Source of the DNA: Octopus sinensis
Taxonomy: Eukaryota
Assembly (NCBI RefSeq): GCF_006345805.1
Contig: NC_043013.1
Coordinates: 17,732,001-17,796,000 of the forward strand
DNA: 64,000 bases
Reading direction: 5' to 3'
In this document: positions 26,601-43,306 of the stretch, in pieces
How the letters are laid out: every line of letters begins with the position of its first letter
Position numbering within the stretch: the first letter of the stretch is position 1
Program-made: the position numbers and the translations under genes
The notes under the pieces: generated by a model
Databases searched by the model: none
What the model was told of the DNA's origin: nothing
What the model saw: the letters and a program-made list of their open reading frames with translations, nothing else

Positions 26601-27923
26601 TATAAGAAGTACTTATTATGAAGTTGGCAGAAACAATAAATTGCTCGGTGTCATTGTTTCATAGTATTTAATTTACTTATAAGAAACTCAGGGATCGATG
26701 AAGTTATGTATTAATAAATTCCTTCATCATTTGATCTCGAGTGTAAATAAGAGACCACAATGATGGTTATTTTTAGTAGAGAAAAGAAAGACAAGAAAAA
26801 AAGGTGGGGAAAGCCATCGTGTTTTCGCGGAATTTTTATTCATGCGAGGCGCGTTCGAGGAAATGTAAACGACCTGTACTTGATATTTCCCTACTAAAAG
26901 CCAGACAAAGGCTGACTACTTTAAAAGAAAGCCTCGTTCTTACACTGAACACTCTAAATGGTTTAAATGCTGTCATAATTACCGCTTTCTTTGTTTCCTT
27001 CTTATGTTATATTACACTGAAGCACCATTTTGTCGTCACGTTCATTTATTAAAAATCGAATTGGGTGTTTCTTTGTCCACAGCGCATTTTGAATTACTAA
27101 TTTCATCTACTTTCCGTTTCCTCTTGTATAATTTATTGTGTAATAATAGTTTTAAGGCCGAAAAGTCGGTTTTCGAAATTTTCCGAAACATTTAAGACAA
27201 ACAATTTCATTCTAGTTTATAGAAATCTTTATTAGATGGTAGGATAGAATAAACAACAGTATATGAGTTATGTTAGTCAGTTTGGGAGTTTCTACGTGGT
27301 TGCTGGCGCTGCTAGAAATAGCAACTGATTAACCTCAAACAACCGTCTGCTTAAAAAGAAAACGAGAAACACATTGACTGTAATAAACGATGATGATGTA
27401 ATCGTTCTATCTCATGGAATGCTTCTGAGCAAAGTATCTGTTCAGTTAAAGATGAGTAGGAATTAGCACGGCGATATTTACATTTTAGAGGCGGCATAGA
27501 AGGAAATAAACCACCTGGCCATTTTTTTTACCACGTCTACTGCTCTAGTTATCTTTGTAGTGAAAATAACAAGCCGGTTTTCTTTTTATTGCATTTAGAT
27601 TTTACCGAGTGTTTTATATGACATGTTAGGTTTATGTCTTTCCAACCGAACAAAGTTAATGTGTAAAGGAAACGTGTCCGGGAATCGAAACCCCGTTTGC
27701 CGACCTCCCCCTTCTTCGGCTCCGCTGGGAGCTTACCTCTTACTACCACCACCATTGTAATAAGAAAACAAAAAGAAAACCGTAATAATATATTGCATTT
27801 GAAGTTAGAAATAAAATTTAGTTTGGTTCCTAATTTCTTCTTAATTACGCAGAAAAAGGAGTGAAGGAAGTCTGTCTGATAAATAATGATTGATAAAAAA
27901 AATTATCTATGACGTATCATTAG

Positions 27924-27990
27924 TTACTGGAAGGTTCCATGAGTCGCCGTATAAAACGTTGCTCGGCCGCTCCCGCTTCATATCAGTTGG
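27924..27990 (+). promoter_or_regulatory. HSC70 core promoter: heat-shock element, TATA box and initiator
   Basis: TAC-tg-GAA-gg-TTC (27925-27937), TATAAAA (27950-27956), TCAGTT (27983-27988). A likely non-coding exon 1 ends at donor ctg|gtattt (28060/28061); the acceptor ttgcag (30407) lies just before the ATG. Confidence 0.75.
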
Positions 27991-30409
27991 CTTGGTGGAA
28001 GAGATCGCACTTGCTGTGAGAGACGTTCTACATTGCCTTAAACTTCATTAGCGATATCTGGTATTTATTCATTGCTTTCTTTTCACATTATATATTTCGT
28101 CTGCTTAAACACACGTGTTATATACTTATATATGTAATCATAGATTTAATTTTCAAACGGTTTTTAATTCTTCTTCTGATTCATCCGGCTTCCTTTCTTT
28201 CTCCTCTTCGTAATTTAACGATTCAGAAAAAAAGAAAATCTTCGATCTGTCCCCTCTCCTTTTTTCCTTCCCTATATTAACTGTATTTTCACCTTTCTCT
28301 GGTCTTGTATAATATTAAAAAATTTTCTGAATTTGATAAAATGTTCAAATTCTACGAATTCCCTTTTAATATCCTGAATTGTGTGATCTACCATTAATCA
28401 TTAGTGGATAATAGTATTTTTCTGCGTAAATTTTCATTTTTTTCTTTTAATTCAAGTTTTCATTATAATTAACCCCTAATGCCCTTTTATTCCTTCTGTT
28501 GAATTTAAATCTTTTCCCCGATTCATTCAAATATTACTATTAAACAAAAATCCCCCCCCCCCGAATATTTTTCAAGTGTTCATAATTTCGATTACTTGAA
28601 ATTTTCTTTATCTCGCATAAAATTAAAGAGAAAAGTACTTAATTAGAAATTACACGCGGAAGACCTGAAATAATTAGACATGGTGTGATGTAGAGATACG
28701 CCCTGCTTCTGCTAATCTAAGCCCAGCTGTGAATGGCGGCAGCCAAGTACTACAGCCTCTCGATCTCCCCTATTATCGCTGCTACTAACAGGTTTTTTTT
28801 TCCTATTATATAATGATAAAAGCCATGATTGTGAATCTTTCTGGCCACGTCTCTCCCATCGTTTCTCATTATAGTATATCTTAGCAGATCATGTCACACT
28901 CTATTGATTAATCTTCAATAATCTCCATGTACTTTACCAGGACTTGCTCTTTATTGCTGTAATCTGTATTTAATCAATATTCCTCCCAATAACAAATTTT
29001 ACACGAACATTTAAAATGTTTAAATTCACTTAGATGTATGGGTAAAATTAACATAAAACCGTTTTGTTAATTTTCTTTACCTTTTTTTTTTTCTTCTATA
29101 ATTTTACACTATTTAATAGCTTTACCAAATGTTTAATCATGTGGCCGAGCCAGCTCCATTTTTGTTCGTTATTGAATTATAAACTGGCCTGTTTCTCACA
29201 GAAAGCCGTATAACGCATTTGCCGGTTTCAATTTGATAATTATTTTCATGGGGTTTTGGCAAAAAGCTGTTAATTTTCCCAATGAATTTAGATCTGATAT
29301 TAGCCACGTCTTAGCCAATGAATCCCTGTTTCATGAGGAGTCCCGGCAGTGGCAAAATTATTGATTATGAGATAATGTATGTTATAAAATGTGTCAGATA
29401 TTGGCCTGTTCTTATTTCTGACGAAAACCCTCGCCTACTTCGTTAGCGTCAGGTTTTGAAGCTGACCATGTGGTGTTGGCTTTAATGATCTTGTAATGCC
29501 ATGCCATGTTAGCATCCAGATTAAACAGCAATGATCTCTGTGAAAGTTATTTATGTGATGAGGGTTGCTGTGTACTTTTAAGACTTAAATATAGCTACTG
29601 AGAGGCGTGCTGCTCGTTTTATGGGTTTTGGTGCGAAGGCTATTGTGATGTCTTCTCCTCGTGCTCAGTGACTTTCAACATAGTAACACTGTTAGCACTG
29701 CGCCTGCGCACTGACACGACCCTGCAGTCGGTGCCCTTTGTCGCATAATTGTAAACCTTGGAATCTTTTCTGTATGAAAATTTTGGCAGGATTTCTTAAT
29801 TATCGAATGGGCATATTGTATAGATCATACCCTCCTACGAAATCACAGTAATTGTTTGAATGAGATTAAATGTTAAAAAAAAATGTTCTGAGGCGAAAAT
29901 GACGGTTTTCTTTGTTTCGCTAAACCTAGGGAAATGTAAAAAAATTGTCTTTGATTGGTTTTAAGGTTTATGGAATATTTTTTCTCTTGCTCATTTTCTG
30001 TGAATTCTGACTTCCAAACTGTCAACGTAGCTTAGCACTTAAATTCAGTACACGTGTGTAATGCCATTTCTTGTTAAACATAGAATGTTTGTACAATATC
30101 TTGTGGGCCCAGAGCTTTTACACTTGTTGCTAAATAAACAATGGTGATGGAAATGGTTTTCGTTTATCTAAAATCATTTGTCAGTTTTGGAATAGTTATC
30201 GCTACCTTGAATGAAGGCAAGAAATTCAAGAATTGTTATACTGAAGGTCTCCCCTCGTGAAAGATTATTTCTACCTTTTCTCCATTTGCTTTTCCAAATA
30301 GTTATTTCAAAACCCCACAATTTTCTTTGAACAGAATATTGTGAAATGTAACTAGATTTTGGATTGTATTTTTGATGATAATAAATTTAAAATCCTCTTA
30401 CTTGCAGAT

Positions 30410-33872
<3,463 letters not shown>

Positions 33873-36203
33873 ATCACTTAACCTGTACCTACCTCCTAAT
33901 CATTTGATTTTTTTTTTTTTTTTTACTCATCTCAACTCAGTTTATTTTCTGTGTATATATATATATCTATTCTTTACTGTATTGTAAATACATGTTACAG
34001 GACTTTTATAAGCTTTTATAATAAGTCTTAGTTAACGCAAATGTTGACATGTTCTTACAACAACCCATTTCAATACAATTAATAAAACTTAGTAATTTAA
34101 ATGCTTTCTTTTCTTGATCTTGCTCCTTTTGCTTTACATCCAAGCTCCATTGTGGTCAAATCATGCTTTGTAGGAGTGATATTGACTTAATAACTGTTGT
34201 GATTAATATGTACCACAAGAATAATAGTACATTTAGTGCACTTTACTAGGTTTCTGTACAGTTTGATTCCTGACAAAAAAAAAAAAAAATCATACTTCAG
34301 TTTTAAAATCTTATAAATCGTGTTGCTAGAATCTTTGAACAAAAGGAATCTGAAATGTGTGGCCATGATGTCGAGAATGGTTCAGTTTCCTATAATGGAA
34401 CAGCTTAAAACGTTAATTAGTAACTAGATGTTTTAGGGAAGCGGCTGGAGAGTACCTGCTGTTATTCAGATCACTGGCAATCTTGACATTGCTGAAGTTG
34501 ATAATTCTAATTTTTCAGTCAAGTTAAATTTTTTCTTTGTTGGATATGGTCAAGTGAAAGTTGCTCACTTTGCAGCTATGTAGTTGTGGGTTTAGTCCAC
34601 TGAGTGACAGTCTGGGCAAGTGTCTAATATCCTTGGCTGATCAAAGCCTTGACTGAATTTGCTACAAATTGTGGGAGCATGTCTGGTTGGTCCCCACTGA
34701 TAGGTTTGTTTATGACCCCCATAATTTACTAGTCAATTACAAAATACTTTTAAGCATGGCTGTGGTCCAGTAAAGTTAAAGAAAATTTTAATTCAGAATG
34801 GTGCTGATAGCTCACCTGTTCTAGGGTGAGAATTTAACCTTTTTGATTCTGATTCAAACTGCTTTAATTTGGCCTAAAATATTTGAATGTTTGTTGTTCG
34901 CTCTATGCACCAGCTTAATGAGGATTGTTAGGTTTATAATTGAAGGAAAATTAAGAGTTGAGTATTGACATGATCTTAGGTTTTAAAATTGTCTGGTTAG
35001 ACTTTCAGTGGAATTAACTGGATTTGATTCCAAATAATTCGTGCTTTATTCTAAGATCCAGAATTGATAATTGCAGCTGCAAGAAACTTGGACCTCGTTA
35101 ATTTCTAACTTATCAGTCCATGGGCTAAATGGTCTGGGTATAAGTTCTTCAGTTTCTTGTAACTGGGCCTGATGTAGGATTTAGTTTTTGTAAAAGGGTT
35201 TTGAGCTTTTTATATCAAGTGATTTATTGACTACATTTAGGATAGTGCACTAGTTTCTATTTATTTTTTTTTCTTACATTCATGCAATTTAATTTCAGCT
35301 ATTAGGGTGGAAAGTTATTGATGCAGAATTACAGTACAATATTGCATGGTGCTGAATTTGAATTTTATATTAGCATCCAGCCACAGAAAGATTTAACTCT
35401 AGCATTCGTATTCTGCTGAAGTAATTATTCACATTATTTTGAATGACTCGTGCATTATTTTGTAGCTTTGAAATTTTGAGAAGGTAAGTTTATTTTTAGA
35501 ATGATATTGTGGGGTTGGTGTGAGAGGCCAAATCTAGCTAGTTCTGAACAGATGGGTAAAACATTTTGGTTGAATGCTCAAATGGGTTAGTGGGTGCAAT
35601 TTCTGAATCTTGGTCTTTGCTACCTTTAACTATGTTTACATTGTTGTAGGAAGCAGCAATTGTTTTGATCTCAGCTGATCTGCATTTTTTAAACAATGAA
35701 CCCAGTAACATCTCCAGAGTCAGTCCATTTGTGTGAACTGATAACGGGAATGTATATACCAGTTGTCATGCGTTGGTGTAGAACAAACAGCTGTATATGG
35801 TGTGCTTTTTGTTTGTCTACCAAATTCACTCAATGTTTTAGTTGACTTGAGGCTATAGTAATACACACTTAGGCCAATGTTCCTTGCATTGGAACTGAAC
35901 CCAGAACCATGTGGTTAGGGAGAAAACTTGCTGCCCAGCCAAGAGGTGTACCACTAAATTTGGAAAATTGGTGTTGTCTTTCAAAGACATTGTGTCTGGA
36001 TTTGGCTTTATTGGTAAATTGTAATACCTGCCAATATTAGCAAAAGAGGACTAAAAGTATTTTACTTTTCAGCTGGCCTGGTTTTGGCTTTTTGTATATT
36101 TAGGTTGATAAAATGGAGTCGGATCTCTTCTTTATTAGTTGCATAACCAATTTTTAATAATTGGTGCTGGTGTTTGATGTCCTACAGAATAAACATTGAT
36201 TTA

Positions 36204-37449
36204 TGAGAGGCGTTCAATAAGTAATGCCCCTGACCCACTTGCAGTTGTTTGATCTAGCTGAAATTTTGCACGTGCACTTATTTACACCTCTATAGATTAA
36301 GTGGCGAATTACAGCTCTGAACTAATTGTGGTTTCTGATTTACAGGTGTTTGAACTGAGTCAGGTGTGAAATGGAGCCTGTTGAATGTCGAGCAGTGATC
36401 TGGTTTTTGTATTTGAAAGGACGCACACCACGGGAGACTTTTGGTGAAATGAAAGTAACTTATGGTGATGATGCCCCATCATATGACCTTGTAAAACGCT
36501 GGCATTGTGAATTCAAACATAGTTGGAACTCTGTGGAAACAGCTCCCAGATCTGGTTGCCCCCTTCTGCCGTTGATGAGATGTCTGTCCGTCAAGTTGAG
36601 GCGGCCATTTTGGAAGGTCAACGCATAACTATTCGCCAAATAGCCCATAAGGTCAAGATTAGTACCGGGTCTGTGGAAACTATCATTCATGACCATTTGC
36701 ATATGCAAAAGGTGTCTGCCAGATGGATTTCCAGGTTGCTCACACCTTTCCAGAAGCAAGAACGCGTTGAGTGCTCGAGGATGAATTTGGAGATGAGTCA
36801 AAATTTTTCAAAAGACTGATCTCACAGGATAAAACCTGGGTCCATCACTATGATCCAGAGACCAAAGCCCAGTCAATGCAGTGAAAACACCGTGACTCGC
36901 CTCCTCCAAAGAAGGCAAGGGTGCAGCCCTCTGCTGACAAGGTTATGCTCACAGTCTTCTGGGACCAGGACGGAGTAGTGATGACAGATTTCCTGGCAAA
37001 GGGTACCACAATTACAGGAGCCTATTATGCTTCACTTTTGAGGAAATTAAGAGAAGCTATCAAAATCAAGAGGCGGGCAAGATCAGCAAAGGCATCCTCC
37101 TCCTGCAGGACAACGCTCCAGTCCACGACTCGCGTGTCGCCAGATCAGAAGCACAGGCGTGCAGCTATGAACTCCTCCCCTTGCACCCTCAGATTTTCAC
37201 CTCTTCAAGCCATGAAGTTGATTTTGAAAGGAAAGCATTTCCCAGATGATGCAGCCTTGATTTCTGAAGTCACGTCGTGGTTGGAGGACCAAGCTGGGGT
37301 CTTCTACAAAAACGGTCTCCAGAGCTGTATCAAACGATGGGAGAAATGCATAACTCTGGGCAGTTCCTATGTAGGAAAAGACTAATAACTGTGCCAAGTG
37401 TCGTTGCTCTACTGCTGTGGGTCGGGCATTACTTATTGAACGCCCCTCG
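36204..37449 (+). mobile_element. Full-length mariner transposon with frameshifted transposase
   Basis: TIRs gagaggcgttcaataagtaatgccc / gggcattacttattgaacgcccctcg, TA on both sides. Peptides MEPVECRAVI..., SARWISRLL, QPSADKVMLTVFWD and RWEKCI. Confidence 0.95.
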
Positions 37450-39039
37450 TAGACTACTCCTTTGCGCAATGGACAGAAAATAAGGGATGGATTGTGCTTG
37501 ATTATAGGGATTTTAAAATCTATTTACCATATCTCTGGATTACATTGTGCCCCTCACCCTTTTTTCTTTTTGCTTTAAATTTTAAATTCCTGTTCCAAAC
37601 CAAATAATTTTCACACTGAAATTTTGATGGAAAATTTAGACTACTTTAAACAGGAAATTTACCATAGGTAGTTTCATGTGAGGTACAAGTTGGCCACCTT
37701 AAGTTTTCCTTGATTTAAACAAATTTTTTTTAGACATTCTATTGGAGTCCTGGAAATATTGTTCTTCCTCGTGATGTTCCACTGTCTTAATTTCTCTGAG
37801 CATTGTCATAAGGGCTCCTACGGTAGACTTAATTCTAGTGACCTTCTGGTATCCTTTCTTTGAATTTTTATTTTTTTTATTTTTGAAGATTGAAATAGAA
37901 CTTAATTTACCATTTGGTTTCTGAAGGCTTAAGTATGGCTAATATACAAGTGAGTCCATGCTTGTGTGACAGTTTATTGGCATCTGTTCAGATGTCTGTA
38001 GAATTTACTTTAGATATGGTGTTAACTATTGCACTGAATTTTTTAAATGGAGCTACTTACAAGGGTGTTTGAGCTTAAAACTCGTACAACAAACTTGTAG
38101 AAACATACAATTCCCCCAGAACTTAACATTATTGGAAAATCTAGGCATAAACAAGCCTAAATTTGCAATGTTAGGTGATTCATTAGTGCTGATGACCGAA
38201 AGGAGCTCTACAATTTCTATTTGTTCCTGTTCTGTCTGCTATATGTAATTGCTACAACTGACTATATAACTTGCAGTAACTTATTACACAAGGGGGAGTG
38301 TGCCAGAGATCCGGTGGGTGGGGGGGGGGGAGATTTCTGGCATGGATGTGGTAAATGGGGTCTCAGTGTAGCACCTTTGGGTCAGTGTCTCCAACAGCCT
38401 GGACTTGTTAAACAAAAATTCTTGTATTTGGAAGACAAACTGAAAGAAGGCATTGTGCATCCAGTCAAGAAATATTACCTGGCTTAGAAACAGGTGAGAA
38501 TTGGTGACTGGAAAAATGCTTTAATGAATTGTCCGTTTCTATACGAGTACCTAAAATGACTGCACTGTCGAAGACTTCAGGTGGGGTCTGTCACTAGGAA
38601 GGTGTAATCCAAGGTTTATATCCAATTATTTTTTAATGCTAGCATTTAAATTGGTCTTCACAAATATCTTAGATGATCTGTAAGGTATATTAAGATATAA
38701 AATTAGATATATTTCTTTACTGCCCACAAGGGGCTAAACATAGAGGGGACAGACAAAGGGATTAAGTCGATTCCATCGAACCCAGTGGGAAACTGGTACT
38801 TTATCGACCCTGAAAGGATGAAAGGCAAAGTCGACCTTGGCGGAATCGACTTTTATATTAGGATTTAAAATTAAATAACAACCCACTCGTATTAATGTTT
38901 TATTGAATTAAAATCTTGAAGTTTCAGCATATTTTAATGTAGGTGTTGGTCTCCTACCATAAAGTTGCTTGTTGGCTTGGTAGTTGGACTGGGTGGCATG
39001 TCTTGAGCAAGGCATTTTACTTGTATAACTAGTTTACTA

Positions 39040-39927
39040 CGAGGGACGTTCAATAAGTAATGCTTCTGACCCACTTGCAGTTATTTTATCTAGCTGAAAT
39101 TTTGCATGTACAATTTTTTATATCTTTATAGATTAAGTGGCAAATTACAACTCTGAACTAATTGTGGTTTCTGATTTACAGGTGTTTGAACTGAGTCAAG
39201 TGTGAAATGGAGCCTGTTGAGTGTCGAGCAGTGATCCGGTTTTTGTATTTGAAAGAACGCACACCACGGGAGACTTTTGATGAAATGAAAGTAACCATTG
39301 ATGAGGCATCTGTCCGTCATGTTGAGGCTGCCATTTTGGAAGATCGACGCATAACTATTCGCCAAATAGCCCATGAGGTCAAGATTAGTACCGGGTCTGT
39401 GGAAACTATCATTCATGACCATTTGCATATGCAAAAGCTGCAGATGGATTCGCAGGTTGCTCACATCTTTCCAGAAGCAAGAACGTGACGATTGCTCGAG
39501 GATGAATTTGGAGATGTGCCAAGAAGATGAGTCAAAATTTTTCAAATGACTGATTACACAGGATGAAACCTGGGTCCATCACTATGATCCAGAGACCAAA
39601 GCCCAGTCAATGCAGTGGACACACCGTGACTCACCTCCTCCAAAGAAGGCAAGGGTGCAGCCCTCTGCTGGCAAGGTCATGCTCACAGTCTTCTGGGACC
39701 AGGACGGAGTAGTGATGACAGATTTCCTGGCAAAGGGTGCCACAATTACAGGAGCCTATTATGCTTCACTTTTGAGGAAATTAAGAGAAGCTATCAAAAT
39801 CAAGAGGCGGGGCAAGATCAGCAAAGGCATTCTCCTCTTGCAGGACAATTCTCCGGTTCACAACTCGCGTGTCGCCAGATCAGAAGCACAGGCGTGCGGC
39901 TATGAACTCATCTCCCATCCCCCCTAC
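39040..39927 (+). mobile_element. Second mariner copy, 3'-truncated and internally deleted
   Basis: Same left TIR after TA. ITQDETWVHHYDPE, SAGKVMLTVFWD and LLLQDNSPVH motifs. Ends at HPPY, where CR1 sequence begins. Confidence 0.93.
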
Positions 39928-41895
39928 TTTCTTGCCTCCACAAATCAGAGAGCAACAGGAAAAAGTGCAATAGGTCAGCCAACCACCTCAAGCAGGTGAC
40001 AAAAAAGGCAGTGCTTGAATTTGAACAACGCATTGCAGCTAACCCTGACAGCAAAGGGTTCTGGAAGTATGTGCACTCAAAGCAGAGACCCCACTCTCCT
40101 GTTGGTCCCCTTCGCAATCCCCACACAGGACAGATTACTGGCAATCCCGAAGAATGTGCAGAAATCATTGCTGGATGCTATGCCGGCATCTTTACTGTCG
40201 AAGACCAAAATGTTCCATCATCATCACCACTGACATCGGACTCTATATCTTCTATGCAATTTACACCAGCAATGCTGCAACGCCACCTAAAGAATAAACG
40301 CAATTATGCCTCTCCTGGTCTCGATGGTGTTACATACCTACTTCTCAAATGCGGTGGGTACTTTCTTCTAAGCCAACTTTCTCTATTCTTCCAATTCTGC
40401 CTTGACAATGGTGTTACTCCAGAACAGTGGAAAACTGCCAGTGTCATCCCTCTGTTCAAAAAGGTGACCGCACATCGCCTGTCAACTATCGCCCTGTCAG
40501 TCTTACTAGCTGCATCGCCAAACTGATGGAATCCTGTATCAGAGAAACCCTCTGGAACTTCTGGAAGTCTCACAGCCTCATCCAGCCGTCACAATTCGGA
40601 TTTATTCCTAACTCCAGTTGCTGTAATCAACTCATCGAGTTTCTTGAGGACGTTACCCAAATCACTGATCGCGGATCCTAGGTGGATGTTGTTTACCTGG
40701 ACTTTGCTAAGGCTTTTAACTCTGTGCCACACAAAAGACTTATGGTGAAGCTTTCTGCGTTGGGTGTAAGAGACGAACTCTATAACTGGTTAAAGTCCTT
40801 TATTTTCGGCCGAAAAGAGGTTGTCACAGTTCTAGGACAGCACTCTTCGCCCTATGAGATGACATCTGGTGTGCCGCAGGGATCTGTTCTTGGCCCCCTT
40901 TTTGTTTGTTGCATATGTTAATGTCATAGATGCCAACTTAAAGAATGCCACAGTGCTGAAATATGCAGATAACATCAAGCTGTACCTCAAAATAAAGAGG
41001 TCAAATCCTGTACACTATGGATCTCTATTGCAAGCAGACCTGGACACAATGCAGCAGTGGATCATGGACTGGCAACTCAAGCTGGCTGTGGACAAATGTA
41101 CCACCATGCATTTTGGGAGGAGAAGCCCAGCGTCCACCTACTCCCTCCACAACACTAGTCTCAAAAAGTCTTCAAGTGAACGTGACCTGGGTGTTATTGT
41201 CGACAGTGATTTGCGTTGGACAAAACACATCGCTAAAATTGTCAAGAAGGCTGAGGGGGTCTTGGCATCACTCACCAAATCCTTTGTGAGCCGCTCTGCG
41301 GCTTTATATAGCTATGGTAAGACCTCACCTGGAATTTGCATCACTGGTCTGGAACCCCTATCTTGCCCAGGACATCAATCGTCTGGAAGCTGTTCAGCGA
41401 CGTGCAACCAAAAGAATACCCTCCATCAGGCATTTGCCATATCCTGAACGCCTTACTTCCCTGGGCATGGACACATTGAAACTCCGACGTCTGGCAGCTG
41501 ACTTGGCAGACACCCATAAAATTATCAACCATCACACAAACAATAACTCTGAGCACCTCTTCAAACTCCACCCATCTAACACCCGTGGACATATTTACAA
41601 AGTAAGAAAACAGCACAGCTCCCATGACTTCAGGAAACATTTTTTCACGCTGAGAGTTGCTGAAGCATGGAACAAACTGCCGGCATCGGTTAGTTGTCGG
41701 AGCACTGCATCCTTCAAAATTTCCATGCTTCCTGAGATTCGCCAACACTACACTTGATTTTCTCCCCTCCATACACACACAAGCATGTTCACTTTCCAGA
41801 CATTTCTACATTACTGCATGTACTTTATATGCACTTTCTGACAAGTTGTGGTGCACCTGAGCACTGTATACAATAATTTCATTATTATTATTATT
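39928..41895 (+). mobile_element. 5'-truncated CR1-group LINE (reverse transcriptase, frameshifted) with (ATT)n tail
   Basis: NYRPVSLTS, DVVYLDFAKAFNSVPH, SGVPQGSVLGP, KYADNIK and VRPHLEFA...WNPYL...VQRRATK. Tail attattattattatt. Confidence 0.93.
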
Positions 41896-42060
41896 TAAAG
41901 CAATTGGCACTGCTTCATGCAACTGTCAGCATCATATGACCAAATCAGGTGTCTCTTTTCTTGCACGCTACAGATAATTCATCTTATGCCCAACTTCTCT
42001 CAATACACATGCATACTGACATTGAACTTCTAGTGGAGCATACCAGCTTTGTTCCTCTAC

Positions 42061-43275
42061 ATCATCATCATCATCATCGTTTAACGTCCGCTTTCCATGC
42101 TAGCATGGGTTGGACGGTTCAACTGGGGTCTGGCAAGCCCGAAGGCTGCACCAGGCCAGTCAGATCTGGCAGTGTTTCTACAGCTGGATGCCCTTCCTAA
42201 CGCCAACCACTCCGAGAGTGTAGTGGGTGATTTTATGTGCCACCGACACAGGTGCCAAACGAGGCTGGCAGACGGCCACGCTCGGATGGTGTTTTTTATG
42301 TGCCACCGACACAGGTGCCAGACGAGGCTGGCGGACGGCCACGCTTGGATGGTGTTTGTTACGTGCCCTCAGCACGGAGGCCAGTTGTTGCGGTACTGGC
42401 TACGGTCACGTTCGGATGGTTTTCTTATGTGCCAACGGCACTGGTACCACAAGGATACAAATTCCATTGATGTTCATCTATTTTGATTTGGTTCGATTTG
42501 ATTTGATTTGATTCGATTCTCACTTGCCTCAACAGGTCTTCACAAGTGTCACAAGAAGGAAGGTATGCACAGGTGGACTGACTACGTCCCAGGTAGGGCC
42601 ACGGGTTATGGCTTCACTAGTCTTGCCGGGTCTTCTCACGCACAGCATACTTCCATAGGTCTCGGTCTCTAGTCATTTCCATGGTGAGACCTAACGTCCG
42701 AAGGTCGTGCTTCACCACCTCATCCCAGGTTTTCCTGGGTCTACCTCTTCCCCGGGTTCCCTCAACTGCTAGGGATTGGCACTTTCTCACACACCTATCT
42801 TCATCCATACCAGCGCAATCGTCTCTCTTGCACACCACAACTGATGCTTCTTAGTTACAACATTTCTCTCAAGGTACTAACGCTCTGTCGAGTAAGTACA
42901 CTGACATTACACATCCATCGGAGCATACTGGCTTCGTTCCTCACGAGCTTACACATGTCCTCAACAGTCACGGCCCATGTTTCACTGCCATGTAGCATAG
43001 CTGTTCGTACACATGCATCATACAGTCTGCCTTTTACTCTGAGCGAGGGGCCTTTAGTCACCAGCAGAGGTAAGAGCTCCCTAAACTTTGCCCAGGCTAT
43101 TCTTATTCTAGCAGTTACACTTTCAGCGCACCCACCCCCACTACTGACTTGGTCACCTAGATAGCGGAAGCTATCAACTACTTCTAGTTTTTCCCCCTGG
43201 AAAGTGACGGAAGTTGTTTTCTGCAGATTTTCGGAGGTCAATGCTCCAGAGCATCTGCCACATACAAAAACTAAC
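42061..43275 (-). mobile_element. 5'-truncated RTE-clade LINE (ORF C-terminus, 3' UTR and (GAT)n tail)
   Basis: LEVVDSFRYLGD...RIRIAWAKFREL...VKGRLYDACVRTAMLHGSETW and RGRGRPRKTWDEVVKHDL. Confidence 0.92.
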
Positions 43276-43306
43276 TGAAACAAGATCAAGGTATTCATCC
43301 ATTGAA

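Noticed and set aside
26692-26704. gatcgatgaag resembling 5.8S rRNA
   Set aside because: The match is only about 10 nt with no flanking similarity.
29418-29465. CTGACGA...GAAG hammerhead-like string in HSC70 intron 1
   Set aside because: The core is incomplete and an alternative ctgacg/cgtcag hairpin sequesters it.
38185-38215. CTGATGA-ccgaaagg hammerhead-like core
   Set aside because: No GAAA follows stem II and there is no convincing stem I or III; at most a badly decayed PLE relic.
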